Assembly (NCBI RefSeq): GCF_000091665.1
Contig: NC_000909.1
Location: 790,712-822,711 of the forward strand
Length of the DNA stretch: 32,000 bases
Source: Methanocaldococcus jannaschii DSM 2661
Lineage (GTDB): Archaea > AGJL01 > Methanococci > Methanococcales > Methanocaldococcaceae
Direction of reading: 5' to 3'
Shown: positions 7,899 through 17,066 of the stretch, piece by piece
Layout: each line of letters starts with the position of its first letter
Numbering within the stretch: position 1 is the first letter of the stretch
Made by a program: the position numbers and the translations under genes
The notes under the pieces: generated by a model
Databases searched by the model: none
What the model was told of the DNA's origin: nothing
What the model saw: only the letters and a program-made list of their open reading frames with translations

Positions 7899-10145
7899 AT
7901 GGACTCTAATATCTTAAATATTAGAGAACTTAGAAAACAGGCTGTTAACTTAGAGAAAGAAGCAAAAAAAGAAAAACAGAATGGAAATTATAAGAAATCT
8001 GCAGAATTATTTTTAAAAGCATCAGAAATTTATAATAAAATTAGGGATGAGAAAAACAAAAAATGGACACTTGCTAATTATTATTCTATTATGGCGAAAG
8101 AATATTCGTTTTCTAATGAATTTGATAAAGCGAGGGAATTTTATAAAAAAGCTGAAGAATTATTTTTAGAACTAGGGATAAAGAAATCCGCTATGTATTG
8201 TTTTTATTATTATTTAAAGACCTACATATATGAAGAAAAAGAAAAAGTAGAGAAAAAAGACAACGATAAATATTTAGAACTTTTAAACAAATATATAATT
8301 GAAGCTGAACAATTTTTAGAGAAGTATAAAGAGTTTTCAGATATTTGGATGTATTTTGATATAAAAATATACTATTATAAGAAACTATCAATAAAACATA
8401 GGAAATTCGAAGGAAACCTCGATAAAGCCATAGAATTAACAGAGAAGTGTTATAAGTTAGCGGAGGAATCATACAATAAATTTAATGACAAAAACTACAA
8501 AAAAGCAGAAATTTTTAATAAACATTTCTACTACAATTTGATGGCTCAAAAATTTGAGAGTGAAAGGAAATTTAAAGAAGCTGCAGAATATTATAAAAAA
8601 TCTGGAGACACAATAAAAGAAATTGATGAAAAAATTGCTTATGATGAATATGCAAATAGCTACAAATGGTTGGCTATTGAGAACAAATACAACAAAGAAA
8701 AATTTGAGGAGTATATTAACAAAGCTATAGAATTTTCAGAAAAAAGAGGAGATAAACTACAGGAATACTATTATTTGGGATTAAAATATGACCATTTAGT
8801 AAGATTTGCTAATGATTTGGAAGAAAAAATCGATTATATCAAAAAATCAAAAGAATATTATTACAGGTCTAAAAGCTTCGAATTCGCTAAATATATGGAA
8901 TATTTAGAGTATTATTATCAATTTAAGTATGAATTACTCAATGGAAATTATGAAAAAGCTTTAAATTTCTTACAAAAAGCTAAAAAATCTTTAAAAAATG
9001 TGAAAATATCAAATATAATCTTTTCAAAATATACTCTGGAGTGCGATGAACTTATTTGTAGATTTTATTTAAGTATTTCACAAGGAGAGTTTAAAAAGTC
9101 TGTGGAATTATTGGATGAATACTTAGAAATATCATTAAAAATATTATCCGATTGGAAAAATACAAGAAAATATAAGTTCTATGAATATTTAAAACCTTGC
9201 GTAGAAATCTTAAGTAAAGAGTCATTTACAAAAGATGATTTGTTCTTATTAGAAGATGTTATCTTAGAGGTAAGAAATGAAAAAATTAGCCTTAATTTAT
9301 ATAAAATATGCTCTTTAACTTATGCTTATGTTTCATTATGGAAAAACAAGATAAGAGATAAAGAAATACTTGAAAAAATAAAATTAAAGATTATTAAACA
9401 AATTACAACCGAAGATGTTTCAAAAGATTTAGAAAATAGAATAAAAATCCAAATGGCAATAGAAAGAAATGATTGGTTATTGAGATTACCACCAGCACTT
9501 GTTGAAAATTTTGATAATTGCATATACTTCTTAGAAGAAGTTTTAGATGAGTTTAAACATGCTGCATATAGGGAGTTTTATAGATTGTTGGAAAATTACC
9601 TAAAAATTATTGTTGAATTTAATGCTATGGCATTATGGGGGGATACTTGGAAACAAATATTAGAAGAAAAAATATCTAACAGAAAAAAACCTTTCGAAAT
9701 ATTTACCTTTGGAGATTTTGCTCAATCTCTAAGGTTACTTAAAAATGAAGGTTGTGAATATTGTAAAAATATCGATGACGAGATTTTTGATTTATTGGAC
9801 AAACATGTTAAAATTAGAAATAATTTATCTCATGATTTCAATGCAAAAGCTCCTGAAGATATTGATATAAAGGGAGATACTCTCAAAATAATCTATAGCA
9901 CGTTAAATGCATTTCCGATATGTGTAAAGGTAACACACGATAAAAAGAAACCTTGGTATGGTGTTGAGGTTATATGGAATCAATTACCTAAAAAAATGTC
10001 ATTATACTCAAATACTGAACTGAAAAAAGGATGTTTATACTATATCGAGCCATATTCAAATATTTTAGATAAAAACAAAATGCATCCAAAAATCATAATA
10101 CCAATTGAAGTATCAAAAGATATTGTTTATCCAAATAAAAATTAA
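7899..10145 (+). CDS. Uncharacterised 748-aa protein: N-terminal TPR-like helical repeats, a Swt1-like HEPN domain (RX4H) and a beta-rich C-terminal tail
   Basis: The ORF is long and clean, with its own TATA (7837-7843) and a G-rich SD (7888-7892). The motif F[DK][KE]AxE[FY]YKK[AS] recurs ([45 protein letters not shown]). The C-terminal part reads [32 protein letters not shown]...[10 protein letters not shown]...[11 protein letters not shown]. Confidence 0.55.
9816..9833 (+). other. Candidate HEPN catalytic motif R-x4-H (R640 NNLS H645)
   Basis: The codons aga aat aat tta tct cat are in the frame of the 7899 ORF. The motif sits at the end of a predicted helical segment, as in HEPN RNases. 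Confidence 0.5.
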
Positions 10146-10147
10146 AA

Positions 10148-11203
10148 TTAATCAATCTTTATTTTCTTTTCACCCTTATAAACCAAATATACAACCAACA
10201 TCCCTCCCAATATATCCAAAACTGCTCCAATAGGAAGAGGGGAGGCGGGCCTATTTATTCCATAGAGGTAGTGGATTGGAAGATAGTATTTCAATGAAAG
10301 GATATGACATGAAACCATCAAAATAACTCCCAAAAACATTGTTGCTGGAACTAAGTATCTATGGTCAGAGGTTTTTATTAATGGTCTTGCTAAGTATGGA
10401 GCAATAATTCCAATAAACGCAATTAAACCTACATAAGGAATTATAGCTCCAGTTATAAACGAAGCGAAGAATAAAACTAACAGTCGTGTCTTTTTTATAT
10501 CCAATCCAAAACTTTTCGCATACTGCTCTCCAAACAGTAGGGCGTTTAAAGATTTTATTAAAAACATAACTCCAATAATAAATATAATTGAGCAGATTGT
10601 CATTGGAATTACATCTCCTAATGTTATCTTAGATAAAGAACCAATTGTAAATCCCCAATACTCTTGAATCTTCAACTCTTCAGCATTTGCAATTAAATAG
10701 GCTCTTAAACCCATAAAGAAATAACTCAGCAATAAAGCAACAATTATAACCCCATTTGCCTCTCTAACTCTCAAAGCAATAATAATTAGCAAAATCATTG
10801 AAAATATTCCTCCACACCAGCCAGCAACTAAAATGCTCTTTTCTCCAAAAATCTCAAATAAATGTGAGAGAGAATCAATAAATATAACCAGTGCAACAAC
10901 CATTAAAACTCCAGACGATATTCCAGTTGTGTATGGAGAGGCTAATAAATTCCTAAATAGAGTTTGAAGCATTAATCCAGCTACAGATATGGTTAATCCA
11001 ATAAGAACCGCTCCAATTATTGGAGGCAGTCTAACATCTTTTATTATTATATCTTTAAACTCATTTCCAGTAGTTCCCTTTAATAGGAAATTAATTATGT
11101 CTTTTACAGTTATTAAATGGGTATCTCCAGCCAAATATAGGGCAGTAAAGGGCAATATTAAAGAGAGGATAAATAAAATTAACAAAATCCCAACTTTATT
11201 CAT
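10148..11203 (-). CDS. FecCD/BtuC-family ABC transporter permease
   Basis: The 351-aa ORF is multi-TM and has the family-typical N-terminus (LLKGTTGNEFKDIIIKDVRLPPIIGAVLIGLTISVAGLMLQTLFRNLLASPY). Its ATG at 11203 directly abuts the upstream permease stop (TAAATG), which suggests translational coupling. Confidence 0.85.
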   Translation of the reverse strand: MNKVGILLILFILSLILPFTALYLAGDTHLITVKDIINFLLKGTTGNEFKDIIIKDVRLPPIIGAVLIGLTISVAGLMLQTLFRNLLASPYTTGISSGVLMVVALVIFIDSLSHLFEIFGEKSILVAGWCGGIFSMILLIIIALRVREANGVIIVALLLSYFFMGLRAYLIANAEELKIQEYWGFTIGSLSKITLGDVIPMTICSIIFIIGVMFLIKSLNALLFGEQYAKSFGLDIKKTRLLVLFFASFITGAIIPYVGLIAFIGIIAPYLARPLIKTSDHRYLVPATMFLGVILMVSCHILSLKYYLPIHYLYGINRPASPLPIGAVLDILGGMLVVYLVYKGEKKIKID

Positions 11204-12251
11204 TTAAATCCCCATTTTTCTTATTTTTAGGTAGATTATAATTGCTATTGGTGCCCCAATTATTGATAGAGGGCAGAGTAGAGGAAGGACATTCGTTGAT
11301 GATATTAAAACTCCCGGTCTTGTTAATATGTCTGCAACAACTAAAAATACAGCTCCTAAGAGCATGGTTACTGGAATTACATAGATATGTTTGGAAGTTC
11401 CACAAATCATTCGTGCAAGTATTGGGCAGGTTATTCCAACAAACGCTATCGGTCCAGTAAATGCTACAACTGTTGCAGTTAAAACGCAAGAGAGAATAAT
11501 AAGCCACATCCTTAAAGATTTTATATCAACTCCTACACTGATTGCATACTTCTCCCCTAACAAATTTGCATCCAATTTTTTTGATAGAAAGATGTGGGTT
11601 AAAATTGAGAGTGGGATAATTAATTAAAGCCATTATAACAACCATGTCCCATGTTAGATTATTTACTGAACCCATTTCCCACATCAAAAAGCTTGAAAGA
11701 TTGCTATTTTCCTCTCCAATATAATCTCCCAAATAAATAACAATAGTAGAAAATCCAGAAGCGATTGCTCCAATCATTAAACCGCAAATTAACAAAGTTG
11801 AAACTTGCTTAACAACCCTTGCAATATTTATTACTATAAACATCGTTATAAATGCTCCAATGTATGCAGATATTATAAATCCATAAATGTTGTGTGGAAT
11901 TCCTAATTTGAAGAGCATGTAGGTAAAGAGGTATAAAACAACTCCTAACGATGCCCCACTTGCAACTCCCATTAGGTAGGGGTCTGCTAATGGGTTTCTA
12001 AAATAGCCCTGCATTAAAATCCCTGCTAATGCAATGGCAATTCCAGCAACAATTGCTCCAATAGTTCTTGGCAATCTCAACTTAAAGATAATTTTATCCT
12101 TTATTTTGTTTCCAGTTGTGCCTTTTAGTAGATAATCAGCTAATTCTTTATTTTTTATAGAAATGGTTCCTAATTTTATGCTATAGATTGAAGAAATCAC
12201 TAACAAAATACTTAGGATTATTGATAAGGTTAAAAATCTTTTAAGTTTCAT
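11204..12251 (-). pseudogene. Second FecCD/BtuC-family permease, split by an apparent 1-nt frameshift near 11619-11627
   Basis: The 241-aa ORF (12251-11526) reads correctly up to ...VVIMAL, then degenerates. The +1 frame is open from 11623 and reads [33 protein letters not shown]... through to the 123-aa ORF ending at 11204. The repaired length would be about 348 aa, matching the 351-aa paralog. Confidence 0.7.
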
Positions 12252-12359
12252 AATAACACACTCATTTACTATTTAATTACGTTATTATGATTACTTACTA
12301 CGTATATGAGTAAGAGGTAATAATGTAATATATTTTTTAATATGGCTTGGATAATAAGA

Positions 12360-12367
12360 TTTATATA
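12360..12367 (+). promoter_or_regulatory. Probable TATA box of the second SBP gene
   Basis: A consensus TTTATATA lies 68 nt upstream of ATG 12435. Confidence 0.45.
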
Positions 12368-12434
12368 CATGCCAAAAATAAAGATTACTGAATAATTTAT
12401 AAAACTTCTTTTAATAAGGTAAGGAGGTTTTATT

Positions 12435-13679
12435 ATGAAAAAGCTTTTGGCTATTGGTATATTGTGTATAATGGTAACAGCTGTAATGTCTGGATGCGTA
12501 AGTGAGAAAGAGATAAACATAAATAATTCCAATAAAATCACCACTAACATGCCAGTATCTGAAAAAAATATTACAAAAATTTTAAAATACGCTAAAAATA
12601 TGAACCTAATATATTATGATGAAAATGGAAATATTGTGAATCCCTACAATGGGGATAAGTGGAAATATAAGGTTTTTATTGATGCAACGGGACAGAAGTT
12701 TTTATTGAAGAACAAAGATGACCCAGTTCCAAGTTGGGCAAAAGAGAAGTTGGGAGATAACTTCAAAGTTATAAATGTGCCTTTAACAAGGGTTATTGTT
12801 ATGAGTTCTACAGAGATTGCGTTAATGGAGGCAATAAATGATGATGGTTCAGTTATAGGGTCAGTTAAAGGAATAATGTGGGGAAAATCCTATAAGTGGT
12901 ATTTTAAAGATATAAACAAAAGTTTAGCAGAAGGAAAAATAATTGATGTTGGTTCATCAAGTAATCCAAATTGGGATAAAATTATTGAAATCAACCCACA
13001 GGTTATATTTGTATATCCTGGCTATGATGGAGATAAGATTATAGCAAAATGTAAAGAGTTAGGAATAACCTATGTTGCTGATGCGGAGTATTTAGAAAAC
13101 GACCCGCTTGGTAGGTGTGAATGGGTTAAGATGTTTGCTGCCTTTTACAACAAAGAACCTGAAGCAAAAAGATATTTTGAAAAAGTTGAGGACAATTGTT
13201 TAAAAGTTATAAATAAAACTAAAAACTGTCCAAAAGTTACAGTTGCATGGGGTTACAACTCTCAATGGGGATGCTATGTTCCAGAAAATAATTCTTATGT
13301 TGCTAAGGAAATAATGTTCTACTGCAATGGAGATTATATTTTCAAAGACCTCAATGGAACAGGCAGTGCAAAAATCAACTATGAGACGTTTGCTGAGAGG
13401 GCAAAAGATGCTGATGTTTGGGTTGTTCCTTCAAGTACAGCATGGTTATCAACATTTAAAGAAGATAATCCAGGATATGAAACATTTAAAGCAGTTAAAA
13501 ATGGAAGAGTATTTTGTGAGAGTGATGATTACTGGCAACTTGGATTGCTAAAAACTGATGAGGTTATAATGGATTTAGCGACTATTTTGCATCCAGAAGC
13601 ATTTAAAGGAAGAAAAACACACTTCTTCCTAAAATATAACATAGAAAATAACACTGCGACACCATTCATTGCTAAATAA
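12435..13679 (+). CDS. ABC transporter substrate-binding lipoprotein (paralog of 5307-6482)
   Basis: It has a signal peptide plus lipobox (MKKLLAIGILCIMVTAVMSGC), a strong SD (GGAGGT, 12423-12428) and a TATA (TTTATATA, 12360-12367). The body shows paralogous blocks with the other SBP. Confidence 0.75.
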   Translation: MKKLLAIGILCIMVTAVMSGCVSEKEININNSNKITTNMPVSEKNITKILKYAKNMNLIYYDENGNIVNPYNGDKWKYKVFIDATGQKFLLKNKDDPVPSWAKEKLGDNFKVINVPLTRVIVMSSTEIALMEAINDDGSVIGSVKGIMWGKSYKWYFKDINKSLAEGKIIDVGSSSNPNWDKIIEINPQVIFVYPGYDGDKIIAKCKELGITYVADAEYLENDPLGRCEWVKMFAAFYNKEPEAKRYFEKVEDNCLKVINKTKNCPKVTVAWGYNSQWGCYVPENNSYVAKEIMFYCNGDYIFKDLNGTGSAKINYETFAERAKDADVWVVPSSTAWLSTFKEDNPGYETFKAVKNGRVFCESDDYWQLGLLKTDEVIMDLATILHPEAFKGRKTHFFLKYNIENNTATPFIAK

Positions 13680-13705
13680 AAATAACAAAATAAAAATAAC
13701 ACTTG

Positions 13706-13724
13706 TTTCTTTTTTATTTCTTTT
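13706..13724 (+). terminator. Oligo-T tract, a candidate archaeal intrinsic terminator after the SBP gene
   Basis: TTTCTTTTTTATTTCTTTT begins 27 nt after the stop. A 150-nt AT-rich spacer precedes cfbC. Confidence 0.35.
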
Positions 13725-13828
13725 ATAATTAAAAAGTTATTAAATCATTAAATAATACATTAATAATATTAGCAGTTTATTTATTAACACTATATAATAT
13801 TTTATAATAAAAATTTTGGTGAATAATT

Positions 13829-14668
13829 ATGAGAAAATTTTGTGTCTATGGAAAGGGAGGAATTGGAAAATCTACAACTGTCTCAAATATTGCAGCAGCT
13901 TTGGCAGAAGATGGAAAGAAGGTTTTAGTTGTTGGTTGTGACCCAAAAGCAGATACGACAAGAAATTTAGTTGGAAGAAAGATTCCAACAGTTTTAGATG
14001 TTTTTAGAAAAAAGGGAGCAGAAAATATGAAATTGGAGGATATAGTTTTTGAGGGTTTTGGAGGAGTTTATTGTGTTGAGTCTGGAGGACCTGAGCCAGG
14101 GGTTGGATGTGCTGGGAGGGGAGTTATTACAGCGGTTGATATGCTAAACAGATTAGGGGCTTTTGAAGAACTAAAGCCAGATGTTGTTATTTATGATATT
14201 TTAGGGGATGTTGTTTGTGGTGGTTTTGCAATGCCTTTACAAAAACACTTAGCAGATGATGTTTATATTGTAACAACCTGCGACCCAATGGCAATCTATG
14301 CGGCAAACAATATATGTAAAGGGATAAAGAGGTATGCAAGTAGGGGAAAGATTGCATTAGGGGGGATTATTTACAATGGGAGGAGTGTTATAGATGCTCC
14401 AGAAATTGTAAAAGATTTTGCCAAAAAAATTGGAACTCAAGTTATTGGAAAAATCCCAATGAGCAACATTATTACAAGAGCAGAGATTTACAAAAAGACA
14501 GTTATTGAATATGCTCCAGACAGTGAGATAGCAAATACATTCAGAGAGATTGCAAAGGCAATTTATGAAAATGAAAATAGAGTTATTCCAAATCCGTTAT
14601 CAGAGGAGGAATTGGATGAGATTACAGAAAAAATCGATGTTCTTTTAAAAGAGAGTGTTAAAGGATAA
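13829..14668 (+). CDS. cfbC: NifH-like ATPase (group IV Nfl): Ni-sirohydrochlorin a,c-diamide reductive cyclase component CfbC/NflH
   Basis: It has Walker A (GKGGIGKST), CDPKADT, and the cluster-ligand contexts GVGCAGRG and VCGGFAMP typical of the NifH/BchL family. The assignment to CfbC relies on established knowledge of methanogen NifH homologs, since this organism is non-diazotrophic. Confidence 0.8.
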
Positions 14669-14689
14669 TTCTTATTTTTTTGGGATAGT

Positions 14690-15616
14690 ATGGATATCTT
14701 ACCATATTTAACTAAAATAATACTTCTTTCATCTATTGGAATTACTATTGCAAGTATTATAGTGGAAACCAATCTAATAAGCAAAATTAAAAAAATAACA
14801 AAGCCAATTTGTTTAATTTCTAACCTTCCAGAAGAGTGTGTAGTGTCTTTATTAGGAAATTTTATAAATCCAACTGTTGGAAAGTCAATGTTATCCGGTT
14901 TTTATAAAGAAAATAAGGTTAATGAAAAAGAAGTTATAGTAACAACTATAATTAGCCCTTTACCCACAATTTTAGGAGAGAGTGTTTTTAGAGTTCAATT
15001 GCCATTAGCTGTTGTTATTTTAGGCTATAAGTTGGGACTTATCTATGTCTCTCTTAACGTTATCTCTGGATTTTTACAGGCTTTAATTGGAATTTTGTAT
15101 GCAAATATATTTTTTGAACGAAGGCAGATAAATATTGATAACAACAACAATGAAAAAATCGTATTTAATAGAGAAGTTATAATTAAAGGCTTTAAAAAAT
15201 CATTAAAAATCTTAAAAAAAGTTATTCCAATGATTGTTATCTTTACCCTATTAATAAACTTCTTGATAAAACTTGGTTTAATGGATGTTGTTAAAGGACT
15301 GTTTAGCCCGATATTTAGAATTCTTGATTTGCCAGGTGAGGCAATAACTGTTTTGATAGCAAATCTTGCCCATTTTTCTGCTGGATATACCACAGTTGAT
15401 ATTTTGATAAAAAATGGTGTTTTAAATGAGAAACAGGCATTAATAGTTTTATTGATTGGAAATATTATCAGTGTTACCATGATTTATTTAAAGCATTCTA
15501 TTGGAACATACATATCTTTATTTGGAAGGTTTGGTTTAAAGTTGGCGGTAATAAATTATACAATAAGTGTTATGATTAAGATATTGCTGATTTTATTGCT
15601 TATCGCCTTTTTTTAA
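14690..15616 (+). CDS. Multipass membrane protein, paralog of 4313-5266 (possible Gate-domain transporter)
   Basis: The 308-aa ORF is hydrophobic and starts 21 nt after the cfbC stop, so it is likely co-transcribed. It shares a motif with the paralog (see 4313-5266). Confidence 0.55.
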   Translation: MDILPYLTKIILLSSIGITIASIIVETNLISKIKKITKPICLISNLPEECVVSLLGNFINPTVGKSMLSGFYKENKVNEKEVIVTTIISPLPTILGESVFRVQLPLAVVILGYKLGLIYVSLNVISGFLQALIGILYANIFFERRQINIDNNNNEKIVFNREVIIKGFKKSLKILKKVIPMIVIFTLLINFLIKLGLMDVVKGLFSPIFRILDLPGEAITVLIANLAHFSAGYTTVDILIKNGVLNEKQALIVLLIGNIISVTMIYLKHSIGTYISLFGRFGLKLAVINYTISVMIKILLILLLIAFF

Positions 15617-15626
15617 TATTTTAAAA

Positions 15627-15682
15627 TTATTCTTCAAATATAAACTTAAACACTCCTTTCTGAACGTGCAATCTATTCTCTG
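15627..15682 (-). repeat. Orphan diverged copy of the argF 3' end (would encode [17 protein letters not shown])
   Basis: 42 of 48 nt are identical to 15812-15859. All five internal differences fall on synonymous third-codon positions of the argF frame. Confidence 0.85.
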
Positions 15683-15704
15683 TGAAACTTTTAGTAAAAG
15701 TTAA

Positions 15705-15793
15705 ACAAAAACCCGAAAAGTTTTTGTAGCCCGAAGCTAACGCTTCGGTTTCATCAAAACAGGATACACTGCCTCGCTACGCTCGGCAGTGCC
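15705..15793 (-). ncRNA. Candidate small structured RNA or inserted element (GC-rich hairpin cluster). The strand assignment is tentative.
   Basis: There are four consecutive hairpins: 15686-15702, 15707-15725, 15731-15748 (7-bp GC-rich stem with a tetraloop) and 15767-15791 (7-bp stem). On the minus strand a TTTATATT lies about 25 nt upstream (15813-15820), and a T-run (CGGGTTTTTGTTT) follows the last GC-rich hairpins. Confidence 0.35.
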
Positions 15794-15800
15794 TCTTAGA

Positions 15801-16718
15801 TTACTTTCTCTCAAATATAAACTTAAATACTCCCTTCTGAACATGTAACCTATTCTCAGCCTCATCATAGACAACTGAATGCTCTCCGTCAATAACATCG
15901 TCTGTTATCTCATATCCTCTATTTGCTGGGAGGCAGTGCATAACTATAACATCATCTTTAGCATACTCTAAGAGCTTGCTATTAATTTGGAATGGTGGAA
16001 AGATTTTTAAAACCTCTTCTTTGTCTTTATCATCACCCATACTAATCCATACGTCGGTGTATAATACATCAGCATCTTCAGCTGCCTCTATTGGGTCGTT
16101 GGTTAATGTTAAAGAACCTTCTCCATAATTATTAATAATCTCCTTAGCTTTTAAGACAACTTTAGCATTAGGTTCATAACCTTTTGGTGTTCCCACATAA
16201 GTATCCATTCCTACTAAAGCAGAGCCTAAAATTAAAGAATTACAGACGTTATTTCCATCTCCTAAATAAGCTATTTTTAAACCTTTGAATTTGCCTTTAT
16301 ACTCTTTTATAGTCATCAAATCAGCCAATATTTGGCATGGGTGAGCTAAATCGCTTAAAGCATTTATAACAGGAACTGAGGAATATTTAGCCATCTCCTC
16401 TAAATGTCTATGCTTATAGACCCTTGCCACTATAGTATCAACATATCTGCCCATAACCTTTGCAGTATCTTTTATTGACTCTTTCTTTCCTAAATGTATC
16501 TCATTCTGGTTCATTATTAGTGGATGCCCTCCCAACTCATAAACTGCAATATCAAAACTCATTCTTGTTCTTGTTGAGGGTTTTTCAAATAAAATCGCTA
16601 CACTCTTCCCTTCTAAGATTTTTTCATGTTTTCTTCTATTTTTTTTGAAGTATATTCCATATTCAATAATTTTTAGTACATCTTCTCTACTCAACACATC
16701 CAAATCTAAGAGATGCAT
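15801..16718 (-). CDS. argF: Ornithine carbamoyltransferase
   Basis: It has the carbamoyl-phosphate motif [12 protein letters not shown], plus HPCQILADL and MHCLPA. The SD (GGTGAT) is the reverse complement of 16723-16728. Confidence 0.92.
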   Translation of the reverse strand: MHLLDLDVLSREDVLKIIEYGIYFKKNRRKHEKILEGKSVAILFEKPSTRTRMSFDIAVYELGGHPLIMNQNEIHLGKKESIKDTAKVMGRYVDTIVARVYKHRHLEEMAKYSSVPVINALSDLAHPCQILADLMTIKEYKGKFKGLKIAYLGDGNNVCNSLILGSALVGMDTYVGTPKGYEPNAKVVLKAKEIINNYGEGSLTLTNDPIEAAEDADVLYTDVWISMGDDKDKEEVLKIFPPFQINSKLLEYAKDDVIVMHCLPANRGYEITDDVIDGEHSVVYDEAENRLHVQKGVFKFIFERK

Positions 16719-17066
16719 TTTATCACCTTTTATACTATTAAAAACTATTTTATATTATCATGAGCCATTATTTATATTGTTGTAGTTTCTTACGTAATGA
16801 TAGACGATATTTGCAAAATTACACGTTTATGTGGTTATTGAATGAAATTAAATAAATAAGGGCAATATTTATGGGAATTAACAATTAACTATTAATAATA
16901 TTTGATGTTTTTGTAATTCTTTTTATTTATTAACTTTGTGTTATATTTTTCAGTGCTATAAGTTTTTTAAGAACTGTTTTATTATTGTATTTTTTATAAT
17001 AAATTAACTGTTTAAGAATTTGTCATAAAATATTAACAAATACTGAAATAAGAGCACGGTGATAGA

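Noticed and set aside
10989-11627. Several 72-103-aa ORFs on both strands overlapping the permease genes (10989-11207, 11196-11507, 11242-11460, 11391-11627)
   Set aside because: These are shadow or out-of-frame ORFs within well-supported FecCD permease coding sequence. Their translations look like nonsense.
12269-12550. A 93-aa minus-strand ORF across the permease/SBP-B intergenic region
   Set aside because: It spans a promoter region and is antisense to the signal peptide of a well-supported SBP gene. Its composition is that of AT-rich translation noise.
15043-15480. A 145-aa antisense ORF inside membrane protein B, plus similar antisense ORFs (1784-1984, 3451-3777, 4420-4653, 4954-5220, 5810-6061, 8191-8472, 9326-9523, 13327-13551, 14563-14784, 16460-16648)
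   Set aside because: Each lies opposite or out of frame to a longer ORF with recognisable motifs. None has start signals or recognisable domains.
15751-15756. A C-box-like TGATGA on the minus strand of the GC-rich element, suggesting a C/D-box sRNA
   Set aside because: I found no D box (CTGA), no C'/D' pair and no terminal stem at an appropriate distance, so a canonical C/D-box guide RNA is unlikely. A k-turn-containing RNA is not excluded.
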